This document shows positions 1-8,906 of a stretch of DNA of 64,000 bases, in pieces. The first letter of the stretch is position 1. Each line of letters begins with the position of its first letter. This DNA comes from Alphaproteobacteria bacterium (GTDB lineage: Bacteria > Pseudomonadota > Alphaproteobacteria > Micropepsales > Micropepsaceae). The stretch covers positions 2,665-66,664 of the forward strand of contig JAFKEW010000008.1 in the NCBI GenBank assembly GCA_017308375.1. Direction: 5' to 3'. Made by a program: the position numbers and the translations under genes. A model generated the notes under the pieces. It was not told where the DNA came from and made no database searches. It was given only the letters and a program-made list of their open reading frames with translations.

Positions 1-182
1 CCGGTGATTTCCGCGATGGTGGGCTTGCGGATTGCCAGCGCGGTGAGAAGCGCCGCCATCTGCGTCTCCGGCACCGTGCCGCGCATGATGGCGGCAAAGG
101 CGTTTGCAGACTCTTCGGCACTAAGTGTTTCACCACCGGCAATGCGCTTCAGAACGCCGGTGAATGCTGCCTCGCCGCTCAT
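1..182 (-). CDS. trpD: anthranilate phosphoribosyltransferase, N-terminal fragment (gene continues beyond the window edge)
   Basis: Reverse complement of 1-182 reads MSGEAAFTGVLKRIAGGETLSAEESANAFAAIMRGTVPETQMAALLTALAIRKPTIAEITG, the usual TrpD N-terminal helical domain. The ATG ending at 182 overlaps the trpG stop (ATGA at 179-182). It is absent from the ORF track because the window truncates it. Confidence 0.75.
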   Translation of the reverse strand, partial: MSGEAAFTGVLKRIAGGETLSAEESANAFAAIMRGTVPETQMAALLTALAIRKPTIAEIT

Positions 183-769
183 GCCGGATGGCGGGCGAAT
201 TCCCGCGCGATGTCGAGGAAATTTTTCAGGATGGCATGGCCGTGTTCGGAGGCGATGCTCTCCGGGTGGAACTGCACCCCATGCACCGGATGGGTCTTGT
301 GCATCACGCCCATGATCACGCCGTCATCCGATTGCGCCGTCTGTTCCAGCACCGGCGGCAGGCTTTCGGGCGCGATGGTCAGCGAGTGATAGCGCGTCGC
401 TTCGAAATCATTGTTCAGGCCGCGGAAAACACTTTTGCCGGTGTGGTGCATCCGGCTCAGCTTGCCGTGCATCGGCTCCGGCGCGCGGACGATCCGGCCG
501 CCATAAGCCTGCCCGATCGCCTGATGGCCCAGGCACACCCCCAGAATCGGGATCCGGCCATTGGCCTCGCGAATCAGATCGAGACAGATCCCGGCCTGGT
601 CGGGGTAGCAGGGCCCCGGCGACAGCACGATGGCCTCCGCGCCCATGGACAGCGCGTCGCGCACACTGATGCCGTCATTGCGCTGGACACGCACCTCCGC
701 GCCCAATTCCCCCAGATAGTGGAACAGGTTGTAGGTGAAGCTGTCATAATTATCGATCAGCAGAAGCAC
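179..769 (-). CDS. trpG: anthranilate synthase component II (glutamine amidotransferase)
   Basis: 196-aa ORF. Class-I GATase motifs are present: LLIDNYDSFTYNL, nucleophile elbow GVCLGHQ, and HGVQFHPES near the C-terminus. Translational coupling to trpD favours TrpG over PabA. Confidence 0.9.
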   Translation of the reverse strand: MLLLIDNYDSFTYNLFHYLGELGAEVRVQRNDGISVRDALSMGAEAIVLSPGPCYPDQAGICLDLIREANGRIPILGVCLGHQAIGQAYGGRIVRAPEPMHGKLSRMHHTGKSVFRGLNNDFEATRYHSLTIAPESLPPVLEQTAQSDDGVIMGVMHKTHPVHGVQFHPESIASEHGHAILKNFLDIAREFARHPA

Positions 770-919
770 GGCCTAACTCGTTGAAAAGCAATATTCTTCC
801 CTGCCGTCCGGCCGGGCCGCCTTCGATAGCACATTTTCACCCCCCGCTGCATAGCGCCCCTTCGCCCCATTGGGCGGCATGCAGGGCCGGGGGCCGCGGC
901 CGCGCTATTGGCATGGTCC

Positions 920-938
920 GTGTCAAAAATTCTGACAC
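920..938. promoter_or_regulatory. perfect 6-bp inverted repeat GTGTCA-N7-TGACAC in the divergent trpG / PEP-CTERM intergenic region (candidate operator)
   Basis: Read directly: gtgtcaaaaattctgacac. The spacer is AT-rich and the site lies between two divergently transcribed genes. Confidence 0.3.
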
Positions 939-1124
939 CATTCTCAGTCGCGAAGCGAGATTCTGTAAGTGCCGCTGACAACGCCGGATTTTGTTGGCGC
1001 AAATCCCGGAATGGTACAGATTTTGCTACTTCTGATATTGTCTGGATACGACATTCAACGCGAATCGATTCGTTTGGGCACTGCACCAGATCGGTTGTCC
1101 TCACGAAAGCTGGGGGTTTTGAAC

Positions 1125-1931
1125 ATGACTTCGGAATTGGAGATGGCATCGGCCGGGAATGCGGCCGGTTTGGGCGCGCGTGCGGCTGTGATTGCGGGTG
1201 GTTTCGCGCTGGCGATGCTGACGGCCGTGGTACAGCCTGCTTACGCGAGCTTTGTTGATTACAGCATTCGCGGCACGCCAACGATCAATCAGACCGCCAC
1301 GCAGACGGAATTCATTATCGTCAACAGCGGGGATAAGGCCGCGCTGGGCTCGAACGACATCAACGGCACCAAACTGGGCGACATTGCCAATCTGCATATC
1401 GACCGGCTGGATGATGTATCGCGCTTTGCGGCGGGCAGCGGGCCTGCGGTCGCGCCCTATCTCAATTTCTGGATCACGGACGGGACACATTTCGCCGTTG
1501 TCGCCAACGAACCGTCGAACCCGGGTTTCCAGACCCTATACAACAACGGCTACGATCTCAGCTTCGCCGACCTCTCGGACAAGGTGGCCAAGATTTATGA
1601 GAACAGCGATACGTCGTGGCTGCCGAATGGTGGTGTCGGGCTGACGTTTGCCGATCTGGCCGATTACGTGATCATGGCGCCGTCGAATGCCGATTTGTTG
1701 ACCGGCTGGTCCGGTCTGGGGAGCGGCGCGCCGCGGGACGCCAGCAACAACGCGTATGGTGTGAACTGGGTGTTCGGCGACACGCTGTCCAATTATGTCT
1801 CGGGCGATCCCGGTTACATCGTCGCCAACGCCAGTGTTACGGCCAACGCGGTGCCGGAGCCCATGACCATGGCGCTGTTCGGTGCAGGCCTGTTGGGCTT
1901 CGGCGTGATGCGCCGCCGCCGCACGGCGTAA
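1125..1931 (+). CDS. PEP-CTERM sorting-domain protein (secreted, exosortase substrate type), otherwise unknown function
   Basis: The C-terminus VPEPMTMALFGAGLLGFGVMRRRRTA has PEP motif, TM helix and Arg cluster. An N-terminal signal-like segment GGFALAMLTAVVQPAYA is present. I moved the start from 969 to the ATG at 1125, which is preceded by GGGGG. Confidence 0.8.
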   Translation: MTSELEMASAGNAAGLGARAAVIAGGFALAMLTAVVQPAYASFVDYSIRGTPTINQTATQTEFIIVNSGDKAALGSNDINGTKLGDIANLHIDRLDDVSRFAAGSGPAVAPYLNFWITDGTHFAVVANEPSNPGFQTLYNNGYDLSFADLSDKVAKIYENSDTSWLPNGGVGLTFADLADYVIMAPSNADLLTGWSGLGSGAPRDASNNAYGVNWVFGDTLSNYVSGDPGYIVANASVTANAVPEPMTMALFGAGLLGFGVMRRRRTA

Positions 1932-1970
1932 ACGGCTCGATTAACTGGGCGTGCCTCTTTTGCCCTGACT

Positions 1971-1996
1971 AGGCCGCCTTCGGGCGGCCTTTTTTT
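1971..1996 (+). terminator. rho-independent terminator after the PEP-CTERM gene
   Basis: aggccgcc-ttcg-ggcggcct forms an 8-bp GC stem with a tetraloop, followed by a T7 run. Confidence 0.75.
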
Positions 1997-2102
1997 CGCG
2001 ATGCGATGAATGGCATTTGCGTAAATCTGTATACGCTTTGTTTACCGTAAGTGCCCAAGCCCACTCGAAAAATTAAGAACTCTGCGTGTTCATTCGCGGG
2101 CG

Positions 2103-3041
2103 ATGTCGAACTCCTCGTCCATGCGCCCTCATAGCGCCCGCCCGTCCTTCTTCGCACTGCATATCATCCTCGGTATGGCGGTGTGCTTTCTGATTGGCTT
2201 CATTGCCTCCGTGGCCTGGGCGTCCGGCACCGATGCAGGCGCCACACCGGCGCTGCGGTCCAGCCTGTTCGATTATTTTCCGGCTCGCCCCTCGCTGCGC
2301 AGCGATACCGGCAGCGGCATCGCCCCGCGCGGTCCCGCCATTGCCATTGTGATTGACGATCTGGGCAGCAGCGAAGCGCGCACCCGCCGCGCCATGGCGC
2401 TGCCGTCAGCCGTAACGCTTTCCTTCCTGCCATATCCCGCGGCGACACCGGCACTGGCCGCGGAAGCTGCCCGCGATGGCCACGAAATTCTGGTTCATGT
2501 GCCGATGCAGCCGCTCAGCGCCCGGCACAATCCGGGCCCGATGGCGCTGAAGGTGGGGCAGTCGCCGGAAGAAATCACCCGCCGCCTGCTATGGGCGCTC
2601 TCGCGTGTCCCCGATCATACCGGGGTCAACAATCATGAGGGCAGCCGCTTCACGCTCGACCGCGCGGCGCTTGAGCCCGTGATGCAGACGCTGGCGGAAA
2701 AGAATTTGTTCTTTCTCGATTCCCGCACCATCGGCCATTCCAAGGCCAGCCTTGTCGCGCGCGCCTATGATGTGCCGACTGCCGGACGCGACGTTTTTCT
2801 GGACGACACCATTTCCGCGTCCGCGGTCGCCCGCGAGCTTGGCAATCTGGAACGGCAGGCGCGCAAACACGGCATCGCCATCGCCATCGGCCACCCGCAT
2901 GACGTGACGATGGCCGCGCTGGAACGCTGGACGGCGGCGGTTGCGGAAAAGGGCTTCACGCTGGTACCGGTCAGCACCGCCATTCGCATGGAAGAGGCCA
3001 GGCCGACCGCCAGCGCCGCCCTTCTGCCCAGCGGTAGCTGA
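2103..3041 (+). CDS. divergent polysaccharide deacetylase family protein (YibQ-like)
   Basis: N-terminal TM helix, then IAIVIDDLG...LPSAVTLSFLPY...ILVHVPMQP...GVNNHEGSRFT, which is characteristic of the YibQ / divergent polysaccharide deacetylase family. Confidence 0.8.
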   Translation: MSNSSSMRPHSARPSFFALHIILGMAVCFLIGFIASVAWASGTDAGATPALRSSLFDYFPARPSLRSDTGSGIAPRGPAIAIVIDDLGSSEARTRRAMALPSAVTLSFLPYPAATPALAAEAARDGHEILVHVPMQPLSARHNPGPMALKVGQSPEEITRRLLWALSRVPDHTGVNNHEGSRFTLDRAALEPVMQTLAEKNLFFLDSRTIGHSKASLVARAYDVPTAGRDVFLDDTISASAVARELGNLERQARKHGIAIAIGHPHDVTMAALERWTAAVAEKGFTLVPVSTAIRMEEARPTASAALLPSGS

Positions 3042-3052
3042 GACAAGGAGAA

Positions 3053-4579
3053 TTATTGGCCCTTGCCGCTTCGCGCGGCATAGCGCACCGCTTCTTCCGC
3101 GGCCGATAGCAGGGCCTTCGCCTTGTTGACCGTCTCTTCGTACTCGGCCTGCGGCACACTGTCGGCCACCACGCCGCCACCGGCCTGCACATACATCACG
3201 CCGTCTTTCACGACTGCGGTGCGCAGGACGATACAGGTATCCATCGTGCCATTGGCCGCAAAATAGCCCACCGCACCGGCATAGACTGCGCCGCGCTTGT
3301 GCTTCTCGAATTCGTCGATGATTTCCATGGCGCGGATTTTCGGTGCGCCGGAAAGCGTACCGGCCGGAAGCCCCGCCGACAGCGCGTCGATCGCGTCCAG
3401 CCCGTCGCGCAACCGCCCCTCCACATTGGAGACGAGGTGCATCACATGACTGTAGCGCTCGATGAAGAATTGCCCGGTCACCTCAACGCTGCCGGTTTCG
3501 GAAACCCGGCCGACATCGTTGCGCCCGAGGTCGAGCAGCATCAGATGTTCGGCCCGCTCCTTCGGATCGGCCATCAACTCGCTGGCCAATGCTTCATCCT
3601 GTTCCGGTGTTGCGCCGCGTTTGCGGGTGCCTGCGATCGGGCGGATGGTCACTTTGCCGTCGCGCAGGCGCACCAGAATTTCCGGGCTCGACCCGACAAT
3701 CGAAAAGCCGCCGAAGGCGAGATGATAGAGGAAGGGCGAGGGGTTCAGCCGCCTCAGCGCGCGATACAGTGCGAATGGCGGCAGGGTAAAGGGCCGCTGA
3801 AAACGCTGGCTCGGCACCACCTGAAATATATCGCCCGCACGGATGTATTCCTTCGCCCGCTCCACAATGGCGAGGTAATCGGCATGGCTGGTGTTGGATT
3901 CGATGGCGCTGTTCAGCGGCAAATCCGTCGGCGGCGCCGGTGTTGCCGGAATTGGCCGCTCCAGATCCGAAACCGTATCGTTGATGCGCTCCTGTGCGCG
4001 GGCATAGGCCGCGCGCGCATTCACGCCGGCTTGCGGCCACACCGGTGCAACCACGATGATCTCGTCGCGCACCGTATCGAAAATCGCGACGATGGTCGGG
4101 CGGATCAGAATGGCATCCGGTAGGTTCAGCGGATCGGGTGGCGGCGGGCCCAGCTTCTCGATCTGCCGCACCATGTCGTAGCCCAGATAGCCGAACAGCC
4201 CCACCGCCATCGGCGGCAGTTCTGCCGGCAAGTCCATCCGCGTTTCGGCCAGCAGAAGCCTGAGCGATTCTAGCGGCCGCTCCGTATGGTCGGCCGCGAC
4301 GAACGCATCGGCATCGGCGCGTGCATTGCGGTTGATCTCCGCCCTGCCGTCGCGGCAGCGCCAGATCAGATCGGGCTTGAGCCCGATGATGGAATAGCGG
4401 CCGCGCGCCTCTCCGCCCTGTACGCTCTCGAACAGGAAAGAATTGTCCCGGCCTTCGCCCAGTTTCAGAAAGGCGGAAACCGGCGTTTCCAGATCGGCGA
4501 TCAGCCGTGTGTAAACCGCCTGCGGACGGCCAGCGTCATAGGCGCGCTGAAAGGCGTCGAATTCAGGGTGCGTTGCCAT
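3053..4579 (-). CDS. trpE: anthranilate synthase component I
   Basis: 508 aa with chorismate-binding domain motifs (IFQVVPSQRF, GTLSGAPKIRAMEII, RGAVYAGAVGYF, VQAGGGVVADS). Confidence 0.95.
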   Translation of the reverse strand: MATHPEFDAFQRAYDAGRPQAVYTRLIADLETPVSAFLKLGEGRDNSFLFESVQGGEARGRYSIIGLKPDLIWRCRDGRAEINRNARADADAFVAADHTERPLESLRLLLAETRMDLPAELPPMAVGLFGYLGYDMVRQIEKLGPPPPDPLNLPDAILIRPTIVAIFDTVRDEIIVVAPVWPQAGVNARAAYARAQERINDTVSDLERPIPATPAPPTDLPLNSAIESNTSHADYLAIVERAKEYIRAGDIFQVVPSQRFQRPFTLPPFALYRALRRLNPSPFLYHLAFGGFSIVGSSPEILVRLRDGKVTIRPIAGTRKRGATPEQDEALASELMADPKERAEHLMLLDLGRNDVGRVSETGSVEVTGQFFIERYSHVMHLVSNVEGRLRDGLDAIDALSAGLPAGTLSGAPKIRAMEIIDEFEKHKRGAVYAGAVGYFAANGTMDTCIVLRTAVVKDGVMYVQAGGGVVADSVPQAEYEETVNKAKALLSAAEEAVRYAARSGKGQ

Positions 4580-4586
4580 CGATCGC

Positions 4587-6476
4587 TCACGATCCCTCGG
4601 ACCCTACGACGCTGTTGACCATGTCGGGGTAGATTTTGCTGCCCTGCTTCTTTTCCGCGGCTGCGGCCAGCGACATCACCAGATCGTTCGCCATTGTGGA
4701 GCTGATGCCGTTTACGCCGGAGCGGTAGGCCGGATTGTCCAGCGGCGGGGCAGGGTGAACCACACCGGTCGTGCGCGCGATGATATAGGCGTCGCCGCTC
4801 GCCGCCGGTGCATAGACCACCGTGCCGGATGGTTTCGCGAACAGCTTCTGCAACAGCGCGGGCGACAGCACCTTGCTCTGCGTGCCGCGTTGCAGGGCAC
4901 CGCTGGCCTCGACCTTCACACCGGCTTCCTTGGCGATGGCGTCCAGCGAATTGTCCTTCTGGGCCTTTTCGGCAAGGCTTGCAGCCTTCTTTTCCAATGC
5001 TTCGTCACGCGCGCGCGCCGTCCATTCCTCTGTCGCCTGCGCCCGCACGGCATCCAGCGGTTTTGGCTCCGGCGGCGTCACGCCGACCACCTTCACGGCG
5101 TAATAATTGCCAAGCTTGGTCTGAAAGGGCTCACCTTCTTCGCCCACTTCCGCCTTGAAAATCTGCTCCATCAGCTCGGGATCGTCGAACAGATCGGCCT
5201 TCTTGCCGTCCGGCATCAACCCGCTTTTGTCGACGGCGGCAATGTGCACCACCTTCATGCCCGCTTTTTTCGCCGCTTCCTGAATGGTGAAGCCGCTGTC
5301 CACCGCATCCTGATAAGCGTTGGCCACGTCGATCAGCTTGCCGCCCGCGAGTTGTTTCAAAAGATCGGCTTTCAATTCATCCTTCACCGTATCGAACGGC
5401 TTGCTGCTGCCCGGCGTGATCTTCGTCACCTTCATCATCACCCATCCGAACGGGCCTTTGACCGGCGCGGTTACGCCGCCATCGGCAACCGCGAACACCG
5501 CATCGCCGCGTGCCTTGTCGAGATCGGCTTTGGTCAGGGTGCCGATGGAAAGCTCATTCGGCTTCATCCCGGCTGCGGTTGCGGCATCGGCAAAGCTGCC
5601 ACCGGACGTGATCTTTCCATATGCGGCCTTGGCGGCGGCTTCATTCTTGAAGTTGATCTGCTCCACATCGCGCTTTTCCGGCACGACATAGGTGGCCTTC
5701 TTCGCGTCGTAGGCGTCGTGCAATTGCTTGTCGGTCACGCTCAGGCCGCCCATCACATCGGCCGGTGCGATACCGGCGACGGTGACCTCGCGATATTCGG
5801 GGGTGGAGAACGCGGCCTGATGTGCCTTCACATAGGCTTTCAACTGGTCATCGGTCGGGGCTGCAACGGTGCCTGCCTGCGCCGGCGGTAGAATGATGTA
5901 ATTGGCCGCGCGATATTCCTCCTGATAGGCGAACAGCGCGGAGCTATAGCCCTCGGGCATCGCGAATTTGTCCGTCACCGCCTGCACAAGCTGGCTGCGT
6001 GACGTGTCGGCCCGCACCGCCTCGATGAAGCTCTGCTCGGTAAAGCCTGCTTCGTTGATGGCGCGGGCGAAAGTTGCCTTGTCGAAGGTGCCAAGCGGCC
6101 CGCGGAACGCCTGCATATTCTTGATCTGGCTGCTGACGGCGTCGTCGCTTGCCGTCAGGCCCAGCTTGCGCACCAGATTGTCCAGTGCGGCGCGCGTGAT
6201 CATCCGTTGCAGCACCTCATCGCCCAGCCCCATGGTCCGCGCCATTTCGGGGGTGATGTCGGTGCCGGTCTGGGCGCTCTGCGCACGGATCTCGTTGCGG
6301 TATTCGCGCTGGAACTGTTCCTGCGGGATGGAGACATCGCCCACGGTCGCCACCGTGGTTTCGGTCCGGCCCTGGAAAATGTCGCCGATGCCCCAGAACG
6401 CGAAGGCCAGCGCCAGCATTCCCATCAGGATGGTGGCGAACCAGGACTTCGAAAGATCACGCATTTGCTGGAGCAT
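4587..6476 (-). CDS. periplasmic chaperone / peptidyl-prolyl isomerase PpiD-like (SurA N-terminal domain protein)
   Basis: MLQQMRDLSKSWFATILMGMLALAFAFWGIGDIF is the typical PpiD membrane anchor, followed by a long chaperone region. The start was moved from 6557 to the ATG at 6476. Only 7 nt separate it from trpE. Confidence 0.85.
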   Translation of the reverse strand: MLQQMRDLSKSWFATILMGMLALAFAFWGIGDIFQGRTETTVATVGDVSIPQEQFQREYRNEIRAQSAQTGTDITPEMARTMGLGDEVLQRMITRAALDNLVRKLGLTASDDAVSSQIKNMQAFRGPLGTFDKATFARAINEAGFTEQSFIEAVRADTSRSQLVQAVTDKFAMPEGYSSALFAYQEEYRAANYIILPPAQAGTVAAPTDDQLKAYVKAHQAAFSTPEYREVTVAGIAPADVMGGLSVTDKQLHDAYDAKKATYVVPEKRDVEQINFKNEAAAKAAYGKITSGGSFADAATAAGMKPNELSIGTLTKADLDKARGDAVFAVADGGVTAPVKGPFGWVMMKVTKITPGSSKPFDTVKDELKADLLKQLAGGKLIDVANAYQDAVDSGFTIQEAAKKAGMKVVHIAAVDKSGLMPDGKKADLFDDPELMEQIFKAEVGEEGEPFQTKLGNYYAVKVVGVTPPEPKPLDAVRAQATEEWTARARDEALEKKAASLAEKAQKDNSLDAIAKEAGVKVEASGALQRGTQSKVLSPALLQKLFAKPSGTVVYAPAASGDAYIIARTTGVVHPAPPLDNPAYRSGVNGISSTMANDLVMSLAAAAEKKQGSKIYPDMVNSVVGSEGS

Positions 6477-6531
6477 GAGACAAACCTGAACGTGGCGGTG
6501 AAAGGCGGCGGATGATAGGGAGGGGTCATAT

Positions 6532-7305
6532 GTGTCGCAAGGCTGGGATCGAACCAAGATGCGTCAATTGATCGCCGGAAACTGGAAAATGAACGGCACC
6601 CGCGCCGATTTGAAGGAATTGGCGGCGTTGCGGGTGGCGTTGGCCGGAAATCCGCCCGGGGCCGACGTTCTGATCTGCCCGCCGGCCACGCTGATCGCAC
6701 CGGCCTTCGCGGCGATCGCGGGGGAGTTCGCGCTGGGCGGGCAGGATTGCCATGCGCAAGCGTCGGGCGCCTTCACCGGCGATATAAGTGCCGAGATGCT
6801 GAAGGATGCCGGTGCCAGCGCCGTGATTCTGGGCCATTCCGAACGCCGCCGCTATTACGCGGAAACCGATGCCGCCGTCGCCGCCAAGGCCAGGGCTGCC
6901 TGGCGTGCCGGCCTGACCGCCATCGTCTGCATTGGCGAGACGGAGGGGGAGCGCGTTGCGGGCAAGGCACTTTCAATCTGTGAAGGCCAGCTTGTCGGCA
7001 GCGTGCCGGAGGATGCGGTGCTGGCCCGGCTTGCCATTGCTTATGAGCCGGTCTGGGCCATCGGCACCGGCCGCACCCCGACCGAGGCCGACATTGCCGA
7101 GGTGCATGGTCACATCCGCCGCTGCCTTTTGTCCCGTTTCGGGGCAGGTGGGGCCGCGTTGCGCATTCTTTATGGCGGTTCGGTAAATCCGGGAAATGCG
7201 GCCGCGATTCTGCGGGTGGGCGATGTCGGCGGTGCGCTGGTCGGCGGTGCAAGCCTGAAAGCCGCAGATTTCCTGCAGATTATCGCTGCCGCGCCCGCTG
7301 CCTGA
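6532..7305 (+). CDS. tpiA: triosephosphate isomerase
   Basis: [29 protein letters not shown] and YGGSVNP motifs are present. GTG at 6532 follows GGGAGG at good spacing. ATG at 6559 is an alternative start. Confidence 0.92.
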   Translation: MSQGWDRTKMRQLIAGNWKMNGTRADLKELAALRVALAGNPPGADVLICPPATLIAPAFAAIAGEFALGGQDCHAQASGAFTGDISAEMLKDAGASAVILGHSERRRYYAETDAAVAAKARAAWRAGLTAIVCIGETEGERVAGKALSICEGQLVGSVPEDAVLARLAIAYEPVWAIGTGRTPTEADIAEVHGHIRRCLLSRFGAGGAALRILYGGSVNPGNAAAILRVGDVGGALVGGASLKAADFLQIIAAAPAA

Positions 7306-7409
7306 TCGCGCGTTTTTCGCGTCCGGTGTGTGGAGTATTGGGGCCATCCTTCGTTAACCCGCCCATGCCACATTGGCCTGGGTAATGGGTAAAAGGACAG
7401 GCAGCGGAA

Positions 7410-8357
7410 ATGTCCCGCCTTTCCTACGATAACGCCGAAACGCTTGTGTACGATCCGGTTTCTGCCAATCGTACGCAGACGCGGGCGGCCCTCTATACGC
7501 TGGGCTTCCGGCGGATCGAATCCGTGGCCAGCCTCGATGCGTTCGCATCCGCTTTGCAGAAGCGTTCGCCGGATCTCGCACTGTGCGAGGCACAAGGTGC
7601 CGAAGCCGAATTGTGCGACCTCATTCAAAAAGTGCGGCTTGGCGGCAGCTACAATCCCTTTATCGTGATCATCGTCACGGCGTGGGAAAAATCGAACACA
7701 CTGGCCGGCCGCGTGATCAATTCGGGTGCGGACGATCTTCTGTTGCGCCCCTATTCGGTCTCGGCCCTGGGCCAGCGCATCAAGACCCACACGGAAAAGC
7801 GCAAGGGCTTCGTCATCACCACCGATTATGTCGGCCCCGACCGCCGCCGCGACGAGAACCGCCCTTCGGAAGTTGAACTATTCTCCCCGCCCAATTCCCT
7901 GCAGATGAAGGCGCAGGACGGCATGGCCGACGAAGATGTCGCCAGCCGGATGGAGGCAGAGCTGCGCCGTGCGCGCGAAATCTTCAGCGCCGAAAAGCTC
8001 CGCCGCGATGCGTTCCAGATCTGCATCCTGTGGCGCTTGCTGCAAAGTTATCTGCCATCCAGCCCGAAATATGAGGCGGATGCGAAGCGGCTGGGGGAAC
8101 TGGCGGAAAGCGTGGCCGAACGCTGTGCCGGCACGGGCTATGCCTCTGCCATCGACTGGTGCGAACATGCCAAAAGCGCCATCGAAGGGCTTCTGGCCGG
8201 GGTGGACCGCAACGCGGCCATGCACCTTCTCGGGCACGCCGTCATTCATATCGATCAGGTCTTTGCTCCCGGCATCGAAGAGGGCGAACGCCTGCGCCGG
8301 ATCGATGCGACGGTCGAAAGCATCTATGTCCGCACCGCCACGGAACTCGCCAGTTAG
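7410..8357 (+). CDS. receiver-like (pseudo-receiver) domain protein with a YVGPDRRR tail and a ~170-aa helical C-terminal domain of unknown function
   Basis: A manual CheY alignment places the acceptor Asp at Glu (PDLALCEAQ) and the conserved Lys at Arg (LLLRPYS). The Thr is kept (IVTAW). FVITTDYVGPDRRRDENR follows directly. I recognise no output domain. Confidence 0.7.
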   Translation: MSRLSYDNAETLVYDPVSANRTQTRAALYTLGFRRIESVASLDAFASALQKRSPDLALCEAQGAEAELCDLIQKVRLGGSYNPFIVIIVTAWEKSNTLAGRVINSGADDLLLRPYSVSALGQRIKTHTEKRKGFVITTDYVGPDRRRDENRPSEVELFSPPNSLQMKAQDGMADEDVASRMEAELRRAREIFSAEKLRRDAFQICILWRLLQSYLPSSPKYEADAKRLGELAESVAERCAGTGYASAIDWCEHAKSAIEGLLAGVDRNAAMHLLGHAVIHIDQVFAPGIEEGERLRRIDATVESIYVRTATELAS

Positions 8358-8363
8358 GGCCGG

Positions 8364-8401
8364 GTAGCCGGATAGTAGCCTGAAGTAGCCGTCTGGTAGC
8401 C
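8364..8401. repeat. four phased GTAGCC hexamers (10/11-bp unit) between the pseudo-receiver gene and secG
   Basis: GTAGCC starts at 8364, 8375, 8385 and 8396: gtagccggata gtagcctgaa gtagccgtctg gtagcc. Confidence 0.7.
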
Positions 8402-8459
8402 AAAGTGTTGCAGCAGGGGCGTCTTCCCGCTATCACCCGCCCGGAAAGGACCGCCCCTC

Positions 8460-8795
8460 ATGCAGACCCTCCTGATTGTCCTGCAATTGTTCGTCTCGAT
8501 CGCGCTTGTCGTGGTCGTGCTGCTGCAACGGTCGGAAGGCGGCGCGCTGGGCATCGGCGGGGGCGGCGGCGGTGGAATGGGCGGCATTTTCGGCCCCCGT
8601 GGCGCGGCCGATACCCTGACCCGCACGACCATGATCCTTGCCGTGGTGTTTTTCGCCACCAGCATCGGCCTGACGCTTTATTCCCTCCATGGCGGAACCG
8701 GCACCAGGTCCATCCTTGATTCGCCAACTCCGGCGCCGGTTACGGCACCGGCCAAACCCGCACCGCAGACCCCCGCCGTTCCGAAGCCGCAATAA
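8460..8795 (+). CDS. secG: preprotein translocase subunit SecG
   Basis: 111 aa with two TM helices flanking a Gly-rich loop (LLQRSEGGALGIGGGGGGGMGGIFG). It sits in the typical position upstream of pyrG. Confidence 0.9.
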   Translation: MQTLLIVLQLFVSIALVVVVLLQRSEGGALGIGGGGGGGMGGIFGPRGAADTLTRTTMILAVVFFATSIGLTLYSLHGGTGTRSILDSPTPAPVTAPAKPAPQTPAVPKPQ

Positions 8796-8906
8796 ACCCT
8801 TATCGGCGAACCGGTTAGCGGCTATCGCTGAGTTCTTTCCTTAACCTGTGCGCGCTGTTCATTTTGCGCTTGAGTGGGCGCGCGCCTTACGACATGGTGG
8901 CCTTCC

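Noticed and set aside
4580-4586. Trp leader peptide / attenuator upstream of trpE, or upstream of trpG at 770-1124.
   Set aside because: trpE starts 7 nt after the ppiD-like stop, so there is no room for a leader. The trpG upstream region has no short ORF with tandem Trp codons and no terminator/antiterminator pair.
6537-6560. The minus strand reads cttGGTTCGATCCcagccttgcga, which looks like the T-loop and 3' end of a tRNA (a possible att-site remnant).
   Set aside because: The flanking bases do not form a T-stem or an acceptor stem, and no D or anticodon arm can be drawn. It lies in the tpiA 5' region and is probably coincidental.
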